A DNA stretch of 64,000 bases from Bacteroidota bacterium (GTDB lineage: Bacteria; Bacteroidota; Bacteroidia; Bacteroidales; UBA4417): positions 47,917 to 111,916 of the forward strand of contig JACAAZ010000002.1 of assembly GCA_013376995.1 (NCBI GenBank), written 5' to 3'. A program made the position numbers and the translations under genes. Shown here piece after piece: positions 56,086 through 64,000 of this stretch. Under the pieces are notes generated by a model. The model worked only from the letters and a program-made list of their open reading frames with translations. It had not been told where the DNA came from and searched no databases. Within the stretch, counting starts at the first letter, position 1, and every line of letters begins with the position of its first letter.

Positions 56086-57831
56086 ATGCTCCGGACACAT
56101 ACCTGTGGAGAACTTACCATCAATGATACCGGCCTGCAAGTAACACTTTGCGGTTGGGTCCAGCGATCACGCGACCTTGGGGGAATGACTTTTGTTGATT
56201 TACGCGATCGTTTCGGAATTACACAGTTGGTGTTCAACATGGACACTAATGCTCAACTTTGCGAAGAAGCCCGTAAGCTGGGTCGCGAATATGTCATTTT
56301 GATCGTTGGAAAAGTTGCTGAAAGAAGTAATAAGAATCTGAAAATGGCTACCGGTGAGATCGAGATCATTGTGGATAAAATTGATGTTCTGAATGAATCG
56401 AAAACGCCTCCTTTTACGATTGAAGACAATACAGATGGTGGTGAGGAATTGCGAATGAAATACCGCTACCTCGATTTACGGAGAAATTCCGTCAGGAAAA
56501 ACCTGGAACTCCGCCACCGAATGGCTTTCCAGACCAGAAACTACATGGACAGCATCCGATTCATAGAAGTTGAGACACCCGTTCTTATTAAAAGCACACC
56601 CGAAGGTGCCAGGGATTATGTCGTTCCTTCAAGGGTGAACCCAGGCGAGTTCTATGCCCTGCCACAATCTCCGCAGACCTTTAAGCAACTGCTTATGGTT
56701 GCCGGGTATGATCGCTATTTCCAGATCGTAAAATGCTTCAGGGATGAGGATCTTCGTGCTGACAGGCAACCGGAATTTACCCAGATCGACTGTGAAATGT
56801 CTTTTGTAACCCAGGAGGACATCTTCAATACGTTCGAAGGGCTGATCAAGCATCTTTTCAAAACCGTAAAGAACGTAGATATTGAGAACCTGCCAAGAAT
56901 GACCTGGGCTGATGCCATGAAAAACTACGGATGTGATAAGCCTGATACCCGTTTTGGCATGTGTTTTACTGAAATAACAAGCTTAGTCCAGGGTAAGGAC
57001 TTCAAAGTGTTTGATGATGCTGAACTTGTTGTTGGTATTAATGCTGAAGGCTGTGCGGAATACACCAGGAAGCAATTGGATGAGCTTACCGAATTTGTCA
57101 AGAAACCCCAGATTGGAGCCGGAGGTTTGATCTATGTCAGGTATGCTGCAGATGGAACACTTAAATCCTCTGTTGATAAGTTCTATTCACCTGAAGAATT
57201 GAAGAAGTGGGCTGAGGCCTTTAATGCCAAACCGGGTGATCTGTTGTTGGTATTGGCGGGTAAAGCTGGTAAGACCCGTAAGGCGTTAAATGAACTTCGC
57301 CTTGAAATGGGAAGCCGCCTGAGATTGCGAAACCCGGAAACCTTCTCCCCTCTGTGGGTTTATGATTTCCCTCTGCTTGAATGGGATGAGGAATCACAGC
57401 GCTTTTATGCCATGCACCACCCCTTTACATCCCCCAAACCAGAGGATATAGCTTTACTGGATACCAACCCGGGATCAGTACGTGCAAATGCATATGATAT
57501 GGTTATCAATGGAGTTGAAGTAGGTGGCGGTTCTATTCGTATCCACAACAAACCCCTGCAACATAAAATGCTTCAGCTGCTTGGATTTAGCGAAGATGAT
57601 GCACAGGCACAGTTTGGATTCCTGATGAATGCTTTTGAATTCGGTGCACCTCCGCATGGAGGCATTGCCTTCGGCTTCGACAGGCTATGTTCTTTATTCG
57701 GTGGAAGCGAATCCATTCGCGATTACATTGCCTTCCCAAAGAACAATGCAGCCCGCGACGTGATGATCGATTCTCCTTCCCGTATTTCTGAAGAACAATT
57801 AAAAGAACTGAGCCTTAAGGTTTCAATCTGA
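56086..57831 (+). CDS. aspS: Aspartate--tRNA ligase
   Basis: It has the class II motifs [26 protein letters not shown] and GFDRL. I chose the ATG at 56086 ([10 protein letters not shown]). Confidence 0.9.
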   Translation: MLRTHTCGELTINDTGLQVTLCGWVQRSRDLGGMTFVDLRDRFGITQLVFNMDTNAQLCEEARKLGREYVILIVGKVAERSNKNLKMATGEIEIIVDKIDVLNESKTPPFTIEDNTDGGEELRMKYRYLDLRRNSVRKNLELRHRMAFQTRNYMDSIRFIEVETPVLIKSTPEGARDYVVPSRVNPGEFYALPQSPQTFKQLLMVAGYDRYFQIVKCFRDEDLRADRQPEFTQIDCEMSFVTQEDIFNTFEGLIKHLFKTVKNVDIENLPRMTWADAMKNYGCDKPDTRFGMCFTEITSLVQGKDFKVFDDAELVVGINAEGCAEYTRKQLDELTEFVKKPQIGAGGLIYVRYAADGTLKSSVDKFYSPEELKKWAEAFNAKPGDLLLVLAGKAGKTRKALNELRLEMGSRLRLRNPETFSPLWVYDFPLLEWDEESQRFYAMHHPFTSPKPEDIALLDTNPGSVRANAYDMVINGVEVGGGSIRIHNKPLQHKMLQLLGFSEDDAQAQFGFLMNAFEFGAPPHGGIAFGFDRLCSLFGGSESIRDYIAFPKNNAARDVMIDSPSRISEEQLKELSLKVSI

Positions 57832-57868
57832 TATTTGATACTCGAAATTGTTAATAAATTTTTTAGTC

Positions 57869-57900
57869 ATCCTCCTGACCTTTCAGGAGGATTTCTATTT
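57869..57900 (+). terminator. Rho-independent terminator after aspS
   Basis: ATCCTCCTGA (57869-57878) / TCAGGAGGAT (57883-57892) form a perfect 10-bp stem with a 4-nt loop. It is followed by TTCTATTT. Confidence 0.8.
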
Positions 57901-58301
57901 ATATTTGTTGAACTGATTTATGATTAATTTTTGCATGCTATTTAATTACTGAAAATTTTTGATATAAAACTTGTACACTTCACATCAAAGATAATTTCTC
58001 GGATTCTGAATTTATTTGAACCATTTTTTATTTGAATTATGGGCTTGCCCCCCTTATTTTAAATCTATTTTATAGTTGTTTTACCTTTAGTTAATCGAAT
58101 AAATTATTTAATATTTTATCGGCATTCCTGTAATTAAAATTTCGGAATAAATTCCTGTCATTACTGGATAAGGATGATGAAACACACGTTTCATAAAGGT
58201 TTCCGCGCATGGTTCTCCTGGTATTTTTCAAGGATGATTGACTGCGAAAGTGGAAAAATTAAATTCTTTTATATTAACAAATACTTAATTATTATTTAAT
58301 T

Positions 58302-58745
58302 ATGAAAAATCATATTTCTTTATTATTAATTGTATTGTGCCTTTTCACGGCTTATAACAATGCCTTTTCAAGGCCAATTTACATTAATTTTCATTTGGGT
58401 TTTCTCGCTAAATTTGAAGTGGTTTCTGGCGAATGTCATGATGGATGGGGTATATGCTTAAGCTATGCTCAGGGCAATTTAAATGATAATGCGTCACTCG
58501 GGTATGACACAGAGTCTGGTACAACTTTATTTTTGAAAATTCCCAAATCCAATTCTGATCCTAAATGTTTTTCTGAAGGAAAGTTTGAAGTAAAAGAAGA
58601 TTCGCCAATCGACCCTTTATTGATTTCTAAATTCTCCCAATTTAGAAATCCCAATAAAAAAATTGTTACAATCAAGAAAGGTTTATATCCAGTAAAAACC
58701 GAAGGCGAGAATTATTTAATCGCTCTAAATTATTATCTTTTGTAA
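58302..58745 (+). CDS. Secreted hypothetical protein (147 aa), AT-rich islet
   Basis: It has a clear signal peptide (LLLIVLCLFTAYNNAFS). I recognised no family motif. Confidence 0.5.
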   Translation: MKNHISLLLIVLCLFTAYNNAFSRPIYINFHLGFLAKFEVVSGECHDGWGICLSYAQGNLNDNASLGYDTESGTTLFLKIPKSNSDPKCFSEGKFEVKEDSPIDPLLISKFSQFRNPNKKIVTIKKGLYPVKTEGENYLIALNYYLL

Positions 58746-58752
58746 TATCTAA

Positions 58753-58769
58753 AAGGCTGTTTCATAATT
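58753..58769. repeat. Left terminal inverted repeat of the 304-bp intergenic element
   Basis: AAGGCTGTTTCATAATT is the exact reverse complement of 59040-59056. Confidence 0.9.
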
Positions 58770-59039
58770 GTATATCATGTTAATTCTGAATTTGCTTTTA
58801 GGATTAATGAGTTAGGTTCTTATTGAAAATACTCGATCACAATAATCGGACAAAAATAATGAGCCGATTATTTACGCCGATTTATTAAACGGTTTTCGCT
58901 TATATGCCGAATTTAATTTATGCCTAATAACTCTTATCCCGATCAAGCATTTATTTACTAAACAGATAAACACATTTATTAAAAGCTTTTTATGCAATTA
59001 TTAATTTCAGCAATGACATTTAAATACTAGTGATGAAAT

Positions 59040-59056
59040 AATTATGAAACAGCCTT
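59040..59056. repeat. Right terminal inverted repeat of the 304-bp intergenic element
   Basis: AATTATGAAACAGCCTT is the exact reverse complement of 58753-58769. Confidence 0.9.
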
Positions 59057-59067
59057 AAAATCCCAAC

Positions 59068-59697
59068 ATGAAAAATTCAAATTTATTGCTACTTGTTTTC
59101 ATATTGCTTGTTGCATCTTCTTGTCAAAATATTGTATATCTGGTTGCAGGTTTTAAAACACCACGAATTGAATCAAAAGAGACGGTGATGAGATTTCTTC
59201 AACGAAATCACCAAGATACTAGTGATACCTATTGCTTGGATTCAAGTATATTCCTTGGGCTAATGCATCAATCTTTCAAGCCAGGATGGAAACCGGGCTT
59301 TAGGCCAATTCAAATCAGAGTATATGATAGTAACGGCTTGCCAATAATGCATTGGGCATCTTGCGAAGGGTATTTGAAATCCCTGAAAACATTTGATACA
59401 GTTCCCCCTCGAAATCAAATAAATCTTGATTCCACATTGAGTTTACAGGATGATTTGAAACGTTATTATACTCTTGATGGCCAAAAAGCTCATATTAATT
59501 GCGGCAAAGGGGTTGATTATTATATAATTGCGTATTTTTCAAAATCCACTTATAGAATGAGTAAATATTCATTAAAAACTATCGAAAAGTATGTTAAAAA
59601 ACATCCTGATCTTCGAATTAAATTATATAAAATAAACGTTGATGTCATGCAATGGTGGAATACAGAACTTATTGTTGACTCAAGGAAACACGATTGA
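59068..59697 (+). CDS. Hypothetical lipoprotein (209 aa), AT-rich islet
   Basis: The signal peptide has a lipobox-like LVASSC. It may have a thioredoxin-like fold (WASCEG), but I could not confirm this. Confidence 0.5.
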   Translation: MKNSNLLLLVFILLVASSCQNIVYLVAGFKTPRIESKETVMRFLQRNHQDTSDTYCLDSSIFLGLMHQSFKPGWKPGFRPIQIRVYDSNGLPIMHWASCEGYLKSLKTFDTVPPRNQINLDSTLSLQDDLKRYYTLDGQKAHINCGKGVDYYIIAYFSKSTYRMSKYSLKTIEKYVKKHPDLRIKLYKINVDVMQWWNTELIVDSRKHD

Positions 59698-59822
59698 TAA
59701 TATTTAAAAATAAATTATCAATATTGATAATGTAAAAATAATCCGGGTAAGAAATATTTCTATTGCTAATCGCATTTTACGAATCAATTACATTAATTAT
59801 TCTGTACTTAAAATCGTTCTGG

Positions 59823-60929
59823 ATGCTTCGAATATCCTGCCTGTATCTATTTCAACTTATGATCTTGTCAAATGTATTTTGCCAATCAAAACCTGCATCC
59901 GTTCAAAAACAATTATTGGACCTCCAGGCGCTTTGTAATTCGATTCAGAATGAAAATCATGCTCTTCGCTCTCATGTCAAAACCCAGGACAGTCTTGCAT
60001 ATACACGCACCCGAATGGAAATTTTTGAAGCATTCAACACCGCTCCAAGAATAAATTTTGATTTCCTGAATACTACAGATAAAATTGCCGTTACCGGCTT
60101 GTTTACTAAACTGCTTCAAGCCAATAATCCAACAAGTGATATTCTTGGATTCCGCTTCAATGAAACACTTCTCAAAACAGCTGAAAAATATTTTAAAAAC
60201 GAATTAAAGAGCGAGCCGGATAAAATCCGGCTGGGACAGGTTATCAATAAATTGGTTAACAATCCTGTTATTTCAACATTGGCAAATACCAACCCTATAA
60301 CTTCTGTAACGGCAGCAATCATAAATACTATGAGCAGTTTTTCAACCACATCAATTGATGTTGTTAAAGAAGGGAATAAACTAAAAGATGTTTCATCCAG
60401 TACAATGGATGCTTTCAGTCAAAAAAACATTGAAGCATTCCGGGTAGAACTTCAGCCCTATATTAACTTTTATGATGCGCTTAACCTGGCTTCAATCCGG
60501 TATTTAAGCGGCCTGGAGAACATCAATCAACATTATGAATACCTCAAAGGCAGTGTTGAAGATTATAAAAAGCAACTATACCTCTCATTATCCATTACTG
60601 ATACAAATACACTAATGCGACTTGCAAGTTCGCTTCCCGATCCTTCAACGAGGAACCTTGATTATTCAGCTTTCCTGTGTGATCAGAAAATCCAGTCCTG
60701 CGATGGAATAGCCAGAAAATTACCGGCAATTCAATTATTGGTTAAAGATTTCAGGAGAGAATATGACCAACTTCTGATCTCATTCTTAAAAGAATATGTG
60801 CTTGCATTGCAATCAGCCAAAAAACTTCCGCCTTCCAGCATTGACCAATCAAAAATTGATTCCTTGATTTCAGATATTGACACATTTACAAAAACAGAAA
60901 TTACCAAAAACACCGGGCCTAAAAAGTAA
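59823..60929 (+). CDS. Secreted alpha-helical hypothetical protein (~368 aa), AT-rich islet
   Basis: The ATG at 59823 gives the signal-peptide-like MLRISCLYLFQLMILSNVFC|QS. The track's TTG at 59763 adds a non-signal leader. Confidence 0.5.
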   Translation: MLRISCLYLFQLMILSNVFCQSKPASVQKQLLDLQALCNSIQNENHALRSHVKTQDSLAYTRTRMEIFEAFNTAPRINFDFLNTTDKIAVTGLFTKLLQANNPTSDILGFRFNETLLKTAEKYFKNELKSEPDKIRLGQVINKLVNNPVISTLANTNPITSVTAAIINTMSSFSTTSIDVVKEGNKLKDVSSSTMDAFSQKNIEAFRVELQPYINFYDALNLASIRYLSGLENINQHYEYLKGSVEDYKKQLYLSLSITDTNTLMRLASSLPDPSTRNLDYSAFLCDQKIQSCDGIARKLPAIQLLVKDFRREYDQLLISFLKEYVLALQSAKKLPPSSIDQSKIDSLISDIDTFTKTEITKNTGPKK

Positions 60930-61037
60930 ATTATTATACAGTAAATAACTATTTATTATTTCCCGAAAACATTGATTCCTCTGTAATTCCAGGTTTCAAG
61001 GTTACAGTTATCATTAATCTCTTCAAATATTTTATTT

Positions 61038-61535
61038 ATGATCTCAGCATTTATGTTATTAAAAATCCGGAGTGTAATGTTAAACCCCGCTCCTTGTTGG
61101 AAAAATACTCTTTGGATAAGTGATCTGAACAGACAACTTGTAAATATTGGGAAAACGGATAACCATATCATTATTCCTGTTGGATCAGAGTCTGATCCAA
61201 CCTACCTGGTATGCAAGTCCGAATCAAATTTTTCCAATAGCAATGAATTCTTTCCGTCGGTTAACGATCCAATTGATGATTCATTATCAGCCTCATCACT
61301 CATGGTTGGCAGGTTCAACTGGCGCAGCGGATCAGGATTTTCTTTGTCTATCAGTAAAATCAATGGTATGCTGAAAACCATACAGGAAAAACATGCAAAC
61401 TTGCCTTACTTTTTACTGCTTGGCAAATATTTGGAATTCCTCGAAAAATTTAACCGTTCTTATGATGAGGACCTGTTTCTGAACCTCTTCTTTTATGTAA
61501 AAGAGAATCAGCATCCAATTAACAGTTCTGGATAG
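61038..61535 (+). CDS. Hypothetical protein (up to 165 aa); start uncertain
   Basis: It is the longest ORF in this interval. Its first ~45 codons overlap a 71-aa minus-strand ORF, so the 5' end is unresolved. Confidence 0.35.
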   Translation: MISAFMLLKIRSVMLNPAPCWKNTLWISDLNRQLVNIGKTDNHIIIPVGSESDPTYLVCKSESNFSNSNEFFPSVNDPIDDSLSASSLMVGRFNWRSGSGFSLSISKINGMLKTIQEKHANLPYFLLLGKYLEFLEKFNRSYDEDLFLNLFFYVKENQHPINSSG

Positions 61536-61587
61536 TGTTTAGCAGGTGTATATTTATAATGTCAAATTACCTGGCATAGCCTTGACT

Positions 61588-63432
61588 CTATACTTCTGAT
61601 GCAACCAGGTCTTTCTGCTTTTCAATATGTCTCCTGCGGATATTAAGAGGTGAAATCCGTTTGAAATCAATAAGCTTATGGTTGATCAGGTAGTGGATCA
61701 CCTGTTTCTCTATCCAGTGATGGAATGGCAGCAGAAAGGCTATAAGCCCAATCTTGATAAGAAGTATCTTCCAGGGTTCGTTTGCTGTTACCTCATATAT
61801 TTTGTGATCAGCAATCATTATGATGAACTCGAAAAACAGAATAAAAGAAAAAAAACCCAGCATCTTAATGCTCCACTCCGGCACCTTAAGGCTACCCAGC
61901 ATTAAAAGCAGGATGAATAATGTAAAAATGACTATCGTTATAGCTGTGTACTGAATGTTATGCCTGCGAACGGTCTCCTTCCTTTCCTGTTCTGCCATTA
62001 ATTCCTGTTTCTTGCTTTCGTGATCGATTTCCATCCGCATCAACTGGTCGTTCTCAGTAAGTTGTTTTATGCTGTCATCCAGAGCCTGGTGAACAGCTGA
62101 CCAGTTATACGCTTCGTGATAATCTTGCTGGTTCCTGTAAATCTTTTCCAGGTTTTGAGATGCATTGAGCATGTATTCGAAATAAGAAGCCGTCTTAGCC
62201 TCCTGATAGGACCTTGTGAATTTGCTGATTGCTTCTGCATTTTTTCCCTGCCTTTCGAGAAACTGCCCGTAACGATAGTAAAACTTTGACAGTAATATTT
62301 TGTTGGGTTCAGCCTTGAGAAGATTTTCAGCCTTTTCCAGGTAATAAAATGCTGAATCGGTCCTATGCTGAACCTCACAGAAATATGCTTTCAATCGACA
62401 GTAAAGTGCAGGTTCCTTCCTGGATAACTGTATTAATTCCCCGGGATATTTAACATTATAGAAATCATATAAAAGATCCATCCTGTCAGCTTCCACCATG
62501 TATGAGCGGTAGAGGGCAATCTCATAATTCTTCAATTTCCATAGCTTGTTCCGTGCAGCAAAAGAAAGCACATCCTCGACACTCTTAATACTAAGAGTAT
62601 TCTTATTCGAGTTCACATTGATACTCTGCAAATCGAACTGCTTCCACATTAGTGAAACAGAATCTACAGGCACTGCCTGGGAAATAAGGCTAACCTCCTT
62701 CAGTTTATAGGCAATCGCCTTGTCATAAAGTTTATTGAAATTATAGAAACTTGATAGTTGAGAATAACAATGCTGAAGAAGTTTCGTCTTCTTGATCCGC
62801 TCAGCTATCCCCGTAGCATTCAGGTAATTTCTGAAGGCTTCGATCTTCTGGTTATTACCCTCCATACTTCTACCGACCAATAGGTAACTTTCAGCCTTTA
62901 ATTCATCATTACTCATGGCATCTGCCTGCGACAAGGCCTGGAAGCTGAAACCAAGTGCTTTCTCATATTTATATGCGGATAGGTATAATTCCACCAGGCT
63001 ACGATATGAATTCCATTCAAGAATTGGATTGTTTACCATTTTGCTCAGGCGGTTTGCTTCCCCGGCATATCGTAAAGCCTTTCCTTCATACAGACCCAGG
63101 TCGTTATTGGCAAGGTAACTATTATAGGCCATTAAAAGGAGTTGCGGACGAAAGCTTGCCTGTGCAATTTCCACTGCTTCCTGGCTTATACTGTCGGCAA
63201 GCCTCTTTTCACCAAGGTACTCTGAGTAATACTGAGCAAGTTGAGATAGTGCTTCAATTTTCAAGCTATCTGTTTTGGCTGCCTTGTATTTTATGTTCAG
63301 TTCCCGGATGTGATTTTCAGGTGGCAATTGACCAAATCCCTTGTTCCAGCATAATGATATTCCAGCCAGGATGATAATTGTGATAAATCGATTACGATAA
63401 GATCCACGCTTTACCAAATGAACACTCTTCAT
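61588..63432 (-). CDS. TPR-repeat periplasmic domain protein with coiled coil and three C-terminal TM helices, no recognisable output domain
   Basis: It has an N-terminal signal/anchor, ~430 aa of TPR-like helical repeats, a coiled coil (QELMAEQERKE), then hydrophobic helices (YTAITIVIFTLFILLLMLGSL; FFSFILFFEFIIMIA; ILLIKIGLIAFLLPF). Confidence 0.6.
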   Translation of the reverse strand: MKSVHLVKRGSYRNRFITIIILAGISLCWNKGFGQLPPENHIRELNIKYKAAKTDSLKIEALSQLAQYYSEYLGEKRLADSISQEAVEIAQASFRPQLLLMAYNSYLANNDLGLYEGKALRYAGEANRLSKMVNNPILEWNSYRSLVELYLSAYKYEKALGFSFQALSQADAMSNDELKAESYLLVGRSMEGNNQKIEAFRNYLNATGIAERIKKTKLLQHCYSQLSSFYNFNKLYDKAIAYKLKEVSLISQAVPVDSVSLMWKQFDLQSINVNSNKNTLSIKSVEDVLSFAARNKLWKLKNYEIALYRSYMVEADRMDLLYDFYNVKYPGELIQLSRKEPALYCRLKAYFCEVQHRTDSAFYYLEKAENLLKAEPNKILLSKFYYRYGQFLERQGKNAEAISKFTRSYQEAKTASYFEYMLNASQNLEKIYRNQQDYHEAYNWSAVHQALDDSIKQLTENDQLMRMEIDHESKKQELMAEQERKETVRRHNIQYTAITIVIFTLFILLLMLGSLKVPEWSIKMLGFFSFILFFEFIIMIADHKIYEVTANEPWKILLIKIGLIAFLLPFHHWIEKQVIHYLINHKLIDFKRISPLNIRRRHIEKQKDLVASEV

Positions 63433-63601
63433 TATACAATTGTTAAAGGATAACCAATTCTACCGGCTTAGGGCATACTCAATTCAATTCTTCTGCCCTT
63501 CAACTGAGATTTTCTTCGTCAGACTCTGTGATCCAAAATTCATTTTATACCTAGTAAACTGAAAACAATACAATTATGTTCATCGTTTAATCCCTTCCAA
63601 T

Positions 63602-64000
63602 CATGTTGAAAAATCTGACCTCCAGGACTACCCTCATATTTATTTCCGGATTATTAGTGGGTGCTTCTGCAATTGCATTGCTCTCTTTTACAGGAGTAGT
63701 TAACACACCCTCGTCTACCCCGGCTTATGGCAAGACGAGTGTCCAGGATGCCCAGGCATCATACAGGCGATATGCTTCTAAAACAAGTGCTTTGAATGAC
63801 CTGGTAAAAGGATTTGCATTAAACAAGGAAGAGCTGAATGCAATGAACAGCCTGATTACTGAAAATCCATCCTTAATTGGATTCAGGGTATATATGGGAC
63901 TCGACAATTCCTTAGCACCCATTGGGATCGTCGTTGGAATTGACAATGCCGGAAAAGATAATCTGAATTCAATATATAAAACGTCTGGCAGTTCATCCGG
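63602..64000 (+). CDS. Hypothetical membrane-anchored protein, 5' fragment (continues beyond the window)
   Basis: The ATG at 63602 opens a frame that runs to base 64000 (133 codons) without a stop. It has an N-terminal TM segment (LIFISGLLVGASAIALLSF). It is absent from the ORF track only because it has no stop. Confidence 0.5.

Noticed and set aside
58753-59056. Whether the IR-bounded element is an autonomous transposon or IS.
   Set aside because: It is only 304 bp with no ORF of meaningful length and no transposase. At most it is a non-autonomous MITE or an invertible segment.
60956-61171. A 71-aa minus-strand ORF overlapping the start of the 165-aa plus-strand ORF.
   Set aside because: I cannot decide between the two from sequence alone. 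The minus ORF has no recognisable start context and is short, so it is left unannotated. It is flagged as the reason the 5' end of 61038-61535 is uncertain.
63725-63946. A 73-aa minus-strand ORF near the window end.
   Set aside because: It lies antisense within a longer plus-strand frame (63602 to the window end) that has an ATG and an N-terminal TM helix. It is probably a shadow ORF.

Overview
This is a Bacteroidota-type chromosomal segment. The evidence is T9SS C-terminal sorting domains, BACON-like repeats, many TAnnTTTG -7 promoter boxes, and signal peptides cleaved just before Gln. I call about 48 protein genes and found no rRNA, tRNA, CRISPR array, transposase or integrase.

Housekeeping blocks:
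- nfo and an Fe-ADH
- rnhA
- cysC-cysD-cysN plus a C69 dipeptidase
- DUF177-rpmF-plsX-fabH
- U32 peptidase and a PHP phosphatase
- miaB, topA, ruvC
- a flippase-like protein with a GT2
- ispD, sdaA, queA, aspS

Unusual content:
1. The best candidate for an undescribed system is a two-gene module present twice (704-2471 and 12407-14509). Each copy pairs a secreted Pro/Gly-rich microprotein, ending in a sorting-signal-like tail (PI[DE]xG, one hydrophobic helix, then a basic cluster), with a paralogous ~7-TM protein carrying a 150-210 aa poly-basic N-terminal domain. One copy is tail-to-tail and the other head-to-head. Together they bracket a 1587-aa T9SS surface protein containing 7 exact-length 87-aa BACON-like repeats.
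2. A CheB-CheR-PAS fusion, a hybrid histidine kinase and an orphan receiver form a cluster with no MCP, CheA or CheW in the window. An 833-bp non-coding spacer sits inside it.
3. A VIT-vWA-TonB_C fusion protein.
4. A single 1076-aa redox polypeptide carrying 2Fe-2S, pyridine-nucleotide oxidoreductase, 4Fe-4S, BFD and DAO modules, next to a membrane EFR1-like ferredoxin.
5. A Wzc kinase with a (GY)n tail.
6. An arginase-fold protein in which the metal ligands appear to be substituted.
7. A visibly AT-rich islet (about 57.9-61.5 kb) of secreted or lipoprotein hypotheticals. It contains a 304-bp element bounded by perfect 17-bp inverted repeats that exactly fills an intergenic gap, so it may be an invertible switch or a MITE.

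All functional calls rest on motifs read by eye. No database search was run.
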